From assembly GCA_039630345.1 (NCBI GenBank), contig JBCNVD010000023.1, positions 1 to 15,522 on the forward strand: 15,522 nucleotides of DNA. The letters are read 5' to 3'. Positions 8,564 through 15,248 of this stretch are shown one piece after another; position 1 is the first letter of the stretch; each line of letters opens with the position of its first letter. The translations under genes and the position numbers were made by a program. This DNA comes from Aquificaceae bacterium. Its GTDB lineage: Bacteria > Aquificota > Aquificia > Aquificales > Aquificaceae. The notes beneath the pieces were generated by a model, which saw only the letters and a list, made by a program, of their open reading frames with translations, was not told the origin of the DNA and did not search any database.

Positions 8564-9938
8564 TCAAAGCCTCCAGTACAACTTCTGAGTCTTTAAAGCG
8601 ATATCTTACACCATTTATCTCCTGATAAGGCTCGTGACCTTTGCCAGCAACCACCACGACATCACCCTCTTTTGCAAGCTCTATGGCAACATTTATCGCA
8701 ACTCTTCTATCAAGCTCCATAGTGTAGTGCTTGCCTCTAAAGCCCTCTATGATGTCATTGGCAATAGACTTAGGCTCTTCACTCCTTGGATTGTCTGAAG
8801 TTATGACGCAAAAATCACAATACCTGGAGGCAACATCTCCCATAAGCGGTCTTTTGCCCCTGTCTCTATCTCCGCCTGCACCAAAGACGCATATGAGTCT
8901 ATTTTTAGCCAGCTTCCTTGCGCTAAGCAGGAGTTTCTTTAGAGCATCAGGGGTATGTGCATAGTCCACAACAACCACAAAACCATCGCCTCTGTAGGTT
9001 TCAAACCTTCCCGGCACTTTGATTTCTCTAAGAGCTATTTCTATCAGATCTTTTTCAATTCCAAGGAGCAATCCAAAGCCTACCCCCATTGCTATGTTAT
9101 AAGCCTGAAAGTCGCCTATTAAAGAGGAGTAAAATTCAAAGATTTGGCCTCTAAAGCCAAGCTTTATTTTAGAGCCTTCAAAGTCCGTTTTAAAATCCAG
9201 AATTTTTAAATCCCCGTCTTTTCCAAAGCTTATGGGGTTTTTGCAAAGGTTTATGAGTCTTTTCCCATAATCGTCGTCAGAGTTTATAAGCGCAAACTCA
9301 TATTTGTAGTCTCTAAAGAGTCTGGCTTTGGCAAGAAAGTAGCTTTCCATATCGCGATGGTAGTCAAGATGGTCTCTGCTAAGGTTTGTAAAGCCAACGG
9401 CAAAAAACTCACAGCCTTCTATGCGTCTTTGGTCAAGGGCGTGCGAGGATACTTCCATCACAACCCATCTTGCGCCATCTTTTCTCATAAGATTCAGAAC
9501 CCTATTGAGGGTCAAAACATCAGGCGTTGTTAGTTTTGAGCTAATGTAGGTTCTTTTTGATGTTTTATAACCTATAGTGCCTATAAGTCCCGTTTGAAAT
9601 CCTGCATTTAATAAGATTTTCTCAACTATATGAGTTGTGGTCGTCTTTCCGTTTGTGCCGGTGATGCCAATTAGCTTAAGCTCCTTGCAGGGGCTTTTAT
9701 AAAACTCAGAGCAAAAACTGGCAAGAGCGGATTTTATATCGCTTACTTTCAAAACCCTGCTATCAGGATGCTCCCTCTCAGAAACTGCAAAGATAGCACC
9801 TCTATTAAAGGCTTCCTCTATAAAGAGGTTTCCATCTACTTTATTGCCCTCTATGGCGAAAAACACATATCCGGGCTTTACTTTTCTTGAGTCGCAAGCT
9901 ACTCCCCTAACTCTTGAGATTACTTCCCTTAATTCCAC
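8550..9938 (-). CDS. murE: UDP-N-acetylmuramoyl-L-alanyl-D-glutamate--2,6-diaminopimelate ligase (GTG start)
   Basis: DSR.V.PG, GITGTNGKTTT, MEVSSH, DHLDYH, DYAHTPDA, GAGGDRD, DNPR (meso-DAP specificity motif) and GKGHE motifs. Confidence 0.97.
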   Translation of the reverse strand: MELREVISRVRGVACDSRKVKPGYVFFAIEGNKVDGNLFIEEAFNRGAIFAVSEREHPDSRVLKVSDIKSALASFCSEFYKSPCKELKLIGITGTNGKTTTTHIVEKILLNAGFQTGLIGTIGYKTSKRTYISSKLTTPDVLTLNRVLNLMRKDGARWVVMEVSSHALDQRRIEGCEFFAVGFTNLSRDHLDYHRDMESYFLAKARLFRDYKYEFALINSDDDYGKRLINLCKNPISFGKDGDLKILDFKTDFEGSKIKLGFRGQIFEFYSSLIGDFQAYNIAMGVGFGLLLGIEKDLIEIALREIKVPGRFETYRGDGFVVVVDYAHTPDALKKLLLSARKLAKNRLICVFGAGGDRDRGKRPLMGDVASRYCDFCVITSDNPRSEEPKSIANDIIEGFRGKHYTMELDRRVAINVAIELAKEGDVVVVAGKGHEPYQEINGVRYRFKDSEVVLEALNVRP

Positions 9939-9944
9939 TTTTTT

Positions 9945-9952
9945 ATTATAAT
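9945..9952. promoter_or_regulatory. Palindromic ATTATAAT: perfect sigma70 -10 hexamer on both strands, serving the divergent murE and gamma-CA genes
   Basis: TATAAT at 9947-9952 (+) and 9950-9945 (-) within a 43-nt divergent intergenic gap; no convincing -35 on either side. Confidence 0.7.
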
Positions 9953-9956
9953 CTCA

Positions 9957-9981
9957 GGGGGCTTTGCCCCCCGAACCCCCC
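9957..9981. repeat. GC-rich palindromic element GGGGGC-TTT-GCCCCC-C-GAA-CCCCCC (hairpin plus extra C tract)
   Basis: Perfect 6-bp stem 9957-9962/9966-9971 followed by a second C6 run ending directly at the ATG at 9982; sharp compositional contrast with the AT-rich flanks. Confidence 0.65.
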
Positions 9982-10512
9982 ATGCTAATTGATTTTAAAG
10001 GCAAGCTTCCTAAACTCTCAGAGGGCGTTTATGTATCGCCCGGATGCTACATAATTGGCGATGTAGAAATTGGCAAGGACTCTTCAATCTGGTTTGGCTC
10101 TATCATAAGAGGCGATGTAAACTACATCAAAATAGGCCAGCGCGTAAACATTCAGGACAATTCAGTTATCCATGTCACTTACGAAACTCATCCAACGGTT
10201 CTTTATGACGATATAACCGTAGGGCATAGAGTGGTTCTTCATGGATGCACCATATCAAGCAGAGTCCTTATAGGCATGGGCGCAATTATCATGGATGGAG
10301 CGATGGTAGAACATGACTCAATAGTAGGCGCAGGCGCTTTGATTACTCAAAACAAGCGCTTCCCACCCGGGGTTTTGATAGCAGGCTTTCCCGCAAAAGT
10401 AGTAAGAGAGCTTACCGAAAGCGAAATTAAAATGATAAAAACCTCCGCTGAAAACTACGTTAGATACAAAAACCAGTATCTCAGTCAAAACCAATCAGCA
10501 AACCCCCTATAA
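9982..10512 (+). CDS. Gamma carbonic anhydrase family protein (YrdA-like, left-handed beta-helix)
   Basis: Hexapeptide repeats; IIGDV.IG...SIW...IRGD, NIQD and three metal-ligand His (IHV, VGH, LHG). ATG 9982 (MLIDFKGK.P) is preferred over TTG 9964, whose PPEPP is just the translated C-tract element. Confidence 0.93.
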   Translation: MLIDFKGKLPKLSEGVYVSPGCYIIGDVEIGKDSSIWFGSIIRGDVNYIKIGQRVNIQDNSVIHVTYETHPTVLYDDITVGHRVVLHGCTISSRVLIGMGAIIMDGAMVEHDSIVGAGALITQNKRFPPGVLIAGFPAKVVRELTESEIKMIKTSAENYVRYKNQYLSQNQSANPL

Positions 10513-11296
10513 ACATCAAAATGCCCGCAGGAAAAACCCTTATAACTCTCTCTTTTAGAAAAACCCAGCCAAGCACCATCGCTATAAGAAATGAAAATCT
10601 CTCAATAGCAGAGACATAAGCTGATATACTTATGGCAAGAGCCAGATTGTAAAACAAATCCCCAAGCGCAAACAAAACCCCGGTTAAGGCGGTTTTATAC
10701 TTTGAGGTTTTAAACTCAAAGCTCTTTATAAAAATCAAAGTGCCAAAACTCATCAAAAGCGCATAATACCAGGAGAAAAAAAGCCCGCTACTTTCAAGCA
10801 CGCTCATCCTGCCTATTACCACATTGAGCCCATATATGGCGCTTGATAGGAGCATCTGAATGGCTGGCAAAATGTGAGCGCTTTTATCTATCCCTCCTCC
10901 AAGTATGAGAGCTCCAAGAATAATTAAAAAAATACCAAAGTAGCCTGTAAATCCAGGGCTTTGCCCCAGTAAAATCGCTTCAAAAAGAGCGCTAAATAGT
11001 GGCATAAGAGAGTAAATCCCGACGCTTATTCCAAGCGTTAGATGCTTCAAAGCTCTCATAAACAAAATTCCCGCAACCACCTCAAGAGGAAGCCATATGA
11101 GGCTATAGATAATTAGCCTATAGCTTAGTTCAAAGTCCATAATAGCAAAGGGCGTTAAAATAATCGTTGCCAGAGGAAACCTCACCCAAAGAACGAATCC
11201 TTCGTCAAGACCTGACTTTAGAAGGCTTTTGTTGATAAAGTCGTTTATTCCAAAGCTCAGCGCTGATAAAAAAGCGAGTAAAATCCCTTCGTGCAA
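10481..11296 (-). CDS. EamA/DMT family transporter (TTG start)
   Basis: Two EamA repeats: GILLAFLSALSFG..., ...PLFSAL....LG, ...LGWVFLKE; about 10 TM segments; SD GAGGAG (11311-11306) 9 nt upstream of TTG. Confidence 0.9.
   Translation of the reverse strand: MHEGILLAFLSALSFGINDFINKSLLKSGLDEGFVLWVRFPLATIILTPFAIMDFELSYRLIIYSLIWLPLEVVAGILFMRALKHLTLGISVGIYSLMPLFSALFEAILLGQSPGFTGYFGIFLIILGALILGGGIDKSAHILPAIQMLLSSAIYGLNVVIGRMSVLESSGLFFSWYYALLMSFGTLIFIKSFEFKTSKYKTALTGVLFALGDLFYNLALAISISAYVSAIERFSFLIAMVLGWVFLKERVIRVFPAGILMFIGGLLIGFD
11279..11284 (+). promoter_or_regulatory. Putative -10 box TAAAAT, 6 nt before the GTG of the class-IV aminotransferase (leaderless configuration)
   Basis: Sequence TAAAAT-cccttc-GTG; no SD; same geometry as murE and nnr. 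Confidence 0.5.
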
Positions 11297-12025
11297 AGCA
11301 GAACTCTCCTCTTTGGTCAGGGTCTTTTTGAGACCATTTTGTGCATGCCTACTGAGCTTAAATTATTACTACACTACCAGAGACTATCAAACTCCGCAAG
11401 AGCTCTTGGTATTCCTATCCCTGAATATAAAGAGTTTACAGCCCTGGTTTTAACATCCTGCAAAAACTCAGACGCGGTAAAGATAGTCCTTGAAGCCCTT
11501 GGAAGTTCCAGACCCACTGAAGATGATCTCTCAAGCAGGATGCTCTATTTTGGTTTCAGTCACGAAATTAATCAAAAGCCTTTGAGGCTTTGCATATGCG
11601 AATATAAAAGACACAGCCTTGACCCAACCGCAAGGCATAAGACCACAAACTATCTTTTTAACCTCCTCTCAAGAAAAAGTGCAAAAGAGAGAGGATTTGA
11701 CGATTGCATAATCCTTAACGAGCTTGACGAGGTTTGTGAAACAACAAGCGCTAATTTGATTTTTTTTAAAGGCGGTAAGCTCTTTACCCCCGAAAGCACC
11801 TGCGGACTTTTAGTTGGCACTACCTTAATGGCTTTAAGTAAAAAAGTTAGCATATCCCAAATAAGAATCAAGATTGATAAGCTCAAAGACTTTGAACATG
11901 TTTTTGCGATAAACTCTTTAAACCTCATAAGAAGCGTAGAGCAAATAGATGGTCTTTATTTTAAAGTTAATAAAAGTCTTGAGGAAGAGCTTAATATTGT
12001 CTTGAGAGCTCTATGTATAAAATAA
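11291..12025 (+). CDS. PLP-dependent aminotransferase class IV, probably 4-amino-4-deoxychorismate lyase (PabC-like) (GTG start)
   Basis: RTLLFGQGLFET, H..RL..SA, HKTTNYL (PLP lysine), A..RGFDD...LN, E.TSANL and GLL.GT motifs. An in-frame TAA at 11279 makes GTG 11291 the only start upstream of the conserved N-terminal motif. Confidence 0.88.
   Translation: MQSRTLLFGQGLFETILCMPTELKLLLHYQRLSNSARALGIPIPEYKEFTALVLTSCKNSDAVKIVLEALGSSRPTEDDLSSRMLYFGFSHEINQKPLRLCICEYKRHSLDPTARHKTTNYLFNLLSRKSAKERGFDDCIILNELDEVCETTSANLIFFKGGKLFTPESTCGLLVGTTLMALSKKVSISQIRIKIDKLKDFEHVFAINSLNLIRSVEQIDGLYFKVNKSLEEELNIVLRALCIK
11306..11311 (-). promoter_or_regulatory. Shine-Dalgarno sequence (GAGGAG) for the EamA gene, embedded antisense in the aminotransferase coding sequence
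   Basis: Minus strand reads AAAGAGGAG-agttctgct-TTG (9-nt spacer). Confidence 0.6.
12018..12023 (+). promoter_or_regulatory. Putative -10 box TAAAAT, 7 nt before the nnr ATG at 12031 (leaderless configuration)
   Basis: Sequence TAAAAT-aagcccc-ATG; no SD; a TTGTCT at 11997-12002 is a possible -35 with a short 15-nt spacer. Confidence 0.45.
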
Positions 12026-12030
12026 GCCCC

Positions 12031-13512
12031 ATGGAAATTCTCTCTTCAGAGCTTTCAAAAAAAGCCGACATCATAACTGAAGAAGCGGGCGTTAGCGCTT
12101 TGCAACTTGTTGAAAACACCGCGCTTTTGCTGCTTAAATGCGTAAAAACCTTCTTCCCTTGCGCGAAGCGCGTTTTGGTTCTTGCAGGAAGTGGTCTCAA
12201 TGGGGCTGATGGTCTTGCCCTTGCGAGGCATTTGAGCCTTAGAGGCTACGATGTTGCCTATATGTGCGTGAAAGAGTCTGAAAAAAACAGGCATTTTCTA
12301 AAAGTTCTTGAGAAAATGAATGTAAAAAAAGCCAGCTCTTTAGAGGGGTTTGATTTAATTGTCGATGCTCTTTTGGGTGTGGGCTCTAAACCGCCGGCCA
12401 GAGAGCCTTACGCAAAGCTAATAGAGAGGGTAAATGCTATAAATGTCCCAGTTTTATCGGTTGATATCCCAAGCGGGCTTGACCCTGATAGCGCGGATGT
12501 GCCTATTTTGGCCATAAGAGCAAGCGTAACTGCATGCGTTGGGTCTTTAAAGCCATGCCATGTTTTTTATCCTTCTTCTAGCCTTTGCGGAAAGCTTGTT
12601 TTGATAAAGCCCGGGCTATTAGAGGTTGAGCCCCTTGCGAAAATCCTTGAGATGCCGATTTTGCCAGATAGAGACCCGGATGCTCACAAAGGCAAGATGG
12701 GTCATGCGCTCCTTGTTGGCGCAAGCAAGGGTCTTACAGGGGCTCTTATATTGGCCGCAAAAGCAGCAAGCAAGGCCTCTGCAGGTTATGTCAGCGTTGC
12801 CTTTCCGGAAGCTTTTTCCCAGGTTTTTGAAACAAACTGCGTCGAAGAGCTAAAGCTTTACCTCCCAGGAGAGACTTTAAAAGACGCGGGGCTAATTCTT
12901 AAATCCTTAAATAAATACACAGCCATCGGGGTCGGTATGGGTATGGGGCAATCCTTAGGCGCAGAGAAGTTTCTAAGAGAGATCATCCTCTGTGACATTC
13001 CCATGCTTATAGACGCCGATGGTATTAATGTCCTTTCCAGTATAGGGCCTGAGATTTTACTAAAGAGAAAAGCCCCTACAGTTATTACCCCTCACCCTGG
13101 GGAGTTTGAGCGCCTTAGCAAAGTCCCTGTAAAGGAGCTTAAATCAAACCCCCTTTTTTATGCTAATCAGTTTTCAAAACAATTTAAAGCCCATCTGGTT
13201 CTTAAGTTTTCAAGAACCATCATAGCAAGCCCGGATGGGGAGCTATATGTAAGTCTTCGCGGAAGCCCTTCTATGGCAAAGGCGGGAACAGGCGATGCGC
13301 TCTCTGGGATTATCACCTCTTTGCTTGCAAGAGGTCTTGAGCCGCTTGAGGCCTGCAAACTAGGGGTCTTTCTCCACGGTCTTGCAGGCGAAATAGCTAC
13401 AAAAGACATAGAGTCCTTTACCCCCATGATGCTAATAGATGCAATCCCTGAGGCTTTTAGAGCTCTAAGGGCAAGGGATGTTAAAGAGATTATACAAATA
13501 TTAGATATCTAA
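12031..13512 (+). CDS. nnr: Bifunctional NAD(P)H-hydrate repair enzyme (YjeF_N epimerase + carbohydrate-kinase-fold dehydratase)
   Basis: N-domain: G.G.NG.DG..ARHL, DALLG.G, VDIPSG. C-domain: R..DAHKG..G, G.G.G, IDADG, TPHPGEFERL, GTGD.LSG, HGLAG. Start ATG 12031 (MEIL) preferred; alternative ATG 12013. Confidence 0.93.
   Translation: MEILSSELSKKADIITEEAGVSALQLVENTALLLLKCVKTFFPCAKRVLVLAGSGLNGADGLALARHLSLRGYDVAYMCVKESEKNRHFLKVLEKMNVKKASSLEGFDLIVDALLGVGSKPPAREPYAKLIERVNAINVPVLSVDIPSGLDPDSADVPILAIRASVTACVGSLKPCHVFYPSSSLCGKLVLIKPGLLEVEPLAKILEMPILPDRDPDAHKGKMGHALLVGASKGLTGALILAAKAASKASAGYVSVAFPEAFSQVFETNCVEELKLYLPGETLKDAGLILKSLNKYTAIGVGMGMGQSLGAEKFLREIILCDIPMLIDADGINVLSSIGPEILLKRKAPTVITPHPGEFERLSKVPVKELKSNPLFYANQFSKQFKAHLVLKFSRTIIASPDGELYVSLRGSPSMAKAGTGDALSGIITSLLARGLEPLEACKLGVFLHGLAGEIATKDIESFTPMMLIDAIPEAFRALRARDVKEIIQILDI
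12159..12176 (+). repeat. Mini-hairpin repeat copy TTGCGCGAAGCGCGTTTT inside nnr
   Basis: Exact 18-bp reverse complement of 13512-13529; core GCGC-GAA-GCGC hairpin. Confidence 0.65.
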
Positions 13513-13529
13513 AAACGCGCTTCGCGCAA
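13512..13529 (-). repeat. Mini-hairpin repeat copy (AAAACGCGCTTCGCGCAA on +) in the nnr-yajC intergenic gap
   Basis: Exact 18-bp reverse complement of 12159-12176. Confidence 0.65.
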
Positions 13530-13536
13530 AGATATT

Positions 13537-13542
13537 TATAAT
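13537..13542 (+). promoter_or_regulatory. Putative -10 box TATAAT for yajC-nuoIJKL
   Basis: Perfect TATAAT in the 41-nt intergenic gap, 11 nt before the yajC ATG; no SD and no clear -35. Confidence 0.6.
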
Positions 13543-13553
13543 TAATACCTGCC

Positions 13554-13877
13554 ATGATAGACCTTGCCTTTGCCCAGCAACAGGGCACGCACGGAGGCTC
13601 TGCAAATGCCCTTCTGGTTCAGCTAATCTTTTTTATAGTTCTTCTTGCGATATTTTACTTTCTCCTGATTCGTCCCCAGCAAAAGGCCCGCAAACAGCAC
13701 GAAGAGTTTATCTCAAAGCTCAAAAAGGGAGATAGGGTAATTACCTCGGCAGGCATATGGGGCACCATAGTAGAGCTTGACGAAAAAAAGGCAGTTTTGA
13801 AAGTCGACGCAAACGCAAAAATAACCGTTACAAAAAGTGCTATAATTCAGCTCCAGCCAGAGGCAAAGGATGATTAA
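13554..13877 (+). CDS. yajC: Preprotein translocase subunit YajC
   Basis: Single TM helix followed by FYFLLIRPQQK..K.H......LKKGD.VIT..GI.G motif; 107 aa. Confidence 0.96.
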   Translation: MIDLAFAQQQGTHGGSANALLVQLIFFIVLLAIFYFLLIRPQQKARKQHEEFISKLKKGDRVITSAGIWGTIVELDEKKAVLKVDANAKITVTKSAIIQLQPEAKDD

Positions 13878-14472
13878 AAAAGTTCATAGAAAGCCATTTT
13901 TAAATCTTGTTGAGACTATATTTTTCATAGATTTTATAAAGGGTCTATATACTACCCTTAAAAACCTCATCAGAAGGCCCTTTACGGTTAATTACCCTAT
14001 TGAAAAGCTAAAGCCCCCAATTCGCTACAGAGGCGCTCACGGGCACTTTGTATGGGATGGCACAGAGCCTGATTCTCTTAAAGCCATAGAGAAGTTTATG
14101 AGCTATGAAAAGGGTAAAAGCAGGTGCGTTGCCTGCTATATGTGCCAGACCGCATGCCCTATGCCAACACTTTTTAGAATAGAAGCAATTCAAATGCCTG
14201 ACGGCTCTAAAAAGGTCGTGCGCTTTGATATGAACCTGCTTAACTGCCTCTTTTGCGGTCTTTGCGTGGATGCCTGTCCCGTGGGTTGTCTTACCATGAC
14301 AGACCTATATGAGCTTGCTGGCTATTCAAGGCGCTCCGGGGTTTTGAAAACCTCAAACCTTGAACAAAACGCAATAGACTGGAAGCAGAGGCGCGGAAAG
14401 GAGCCTGACCGCATCTGGATAGATGACGAAAACAGAGAAAGACTCTGGGGCAAGATAAAGTGGAGTGGATAG
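13870..14472 (+). CDS. nuoI: NADH-quinone oxidoreductase subunit I
   Basis: T..YP.EK.....RYRG, two CxxCxxCxxxCP [4Fe-4S] motifs (CVACYMCQTACP, CLFCGLCVDACP); followed by nuoJKL. Confidence 0.95.
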   Translation: MIKKVHRKPFLNLVETIFFIDFIKGLYTTLKNLIRRPFTVNYPIEKLKPPIRYRGAHGHFVWDGTEPDSLKAIEKFMSYEKGKSRCVACYMCQTACPMPTLFRIEAIQMPDGSKKVVRFDMNLLNCLFCGLCVDACPVGCLTMTDLYELAGYSRRSGVLKTSNLEQNAIDWKQRRGKEPDRIWIDDENRERLWGKIKWSG

Positions 14473-14945
14473 TAGTTTTGTTCTTTGGTCTGTGGGCTTT
14501 TATCTCAACGCTCGGGGTTTTGTTCTTAAAAAGTCCAGTTCACGCAATACTGTCTTTTCTGAGCGTAATTTTGGCAGTTAGCGGGATGTTTTTGCATCTT
14601 GGCGCAGAGCTCCTTGCAGGGCTTCAGCTAGTTATCTATGCAGTCTCTATAGTGGTTTTTTATGTTCTTGTTATTACCACAATCCCGTGGGAAAAGGTAA
14701 AGCGCTTTGGAAAGGTCAACACAGCTCAGCTAATTGTGGCAACTCCTGTGCTTATTATTGCAACCGCAATAACCGCCAGCGCTCTGTTTGAAGACTCTTT
14801 TTCACAGGAAAAGTCTCAAGCGCCCAGCATAGAAAGCGTCGGAAAAGCCCTCTTTAGCTCCTATCTTTTGCCGCTTGAGGTTGCCTCTGTTTTGCTCCTT
14901 GTTGCCATGGTAGGCGCAATAGCAATAGGTAGGAGGGACGCTTGA
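14460..14945 (+). CDS. nuoJ: NADH-quinone oxidoreductase subunit J (GTG start)
   Basis: PVHA.L, LGAE.LA..Q..IYA, G..LFS.YLLP.E.ASVLLLVAMVGAI motifs; five TM segments. Confidence 0.93.
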   Translation: MEWIVVLFFGLWAFISTLGVLFLKSPVHAILSFLSVILAVSGMFLHLGAELLAGLQLVIYAVSIVVFYVLVITTIPWEKVKRFGKVNTAQLIVATPVLIIATAITASALFEDSFSQEKSQAPSIESVGKALFSSYLLPLEVASVLLLVAMVGAIAIGRRDA

Positions 14946-15244
14946 GCGTTCCTCAGGCTTATGCAATTATTAGCATTTTTCTTTTCTTTAGCGGGATTCT
15001 GGGTATTATCATAAGGAGAAATCTCATCCTTATTTTAGTAAGCGCCGAGCTTATGCTAAATGGTGTCAATCTTGCCCTGGTTAGTTTTGATAGAATGGTT
15101 GGTTCAATAGACGGTCAGGTTTTGTCTTTGTTTGTCCTGACAGTTGCCGCCGCAGAGGTCGCCGTTGGCCTTGCGCTCGTTGTATCACTTTTTCGCCTTC
15201 GCGGATATGAAGGCTCTAGCGAAATAACAAACCTGAGGGACTAA
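14942..15244 (+). CDS. nuoK: NADH-quinone oxidoreductase subunit K (TTG start)
   Basis: RRNLI..L.S.ELMLN.VNL, GQV..LFV..VAAAE.AVGLA with both conserved Glu; SD AGGAGG upstream. Confidence 0.96.
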   Translation: MSVPQAYAIISIFLFFSGILGIIIRRNLILILVSAELMLNGVNLALVSFDRMVGSIDGQVLSLFVLTVAAAEVAVGLALVVSLFRLRGYEGSSEITNLRD

Positions 15245-15248
15245 AGCC

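Noticed and set aside
9964..9981. TTG start giving an MPPEPP extension on gamma-CA
   Set aside because: The extension is simply the translated C-tract element; the family-like N-terminus begins at ATG 9982.
13512..13530. Hairpin after nnr as its intrinsic terminator
   Set aside because: The stem is only 4 bp and is followed by AAAG on the + strand; the T-tract is on the minus strand, so it is treated as a repeat copy instead.
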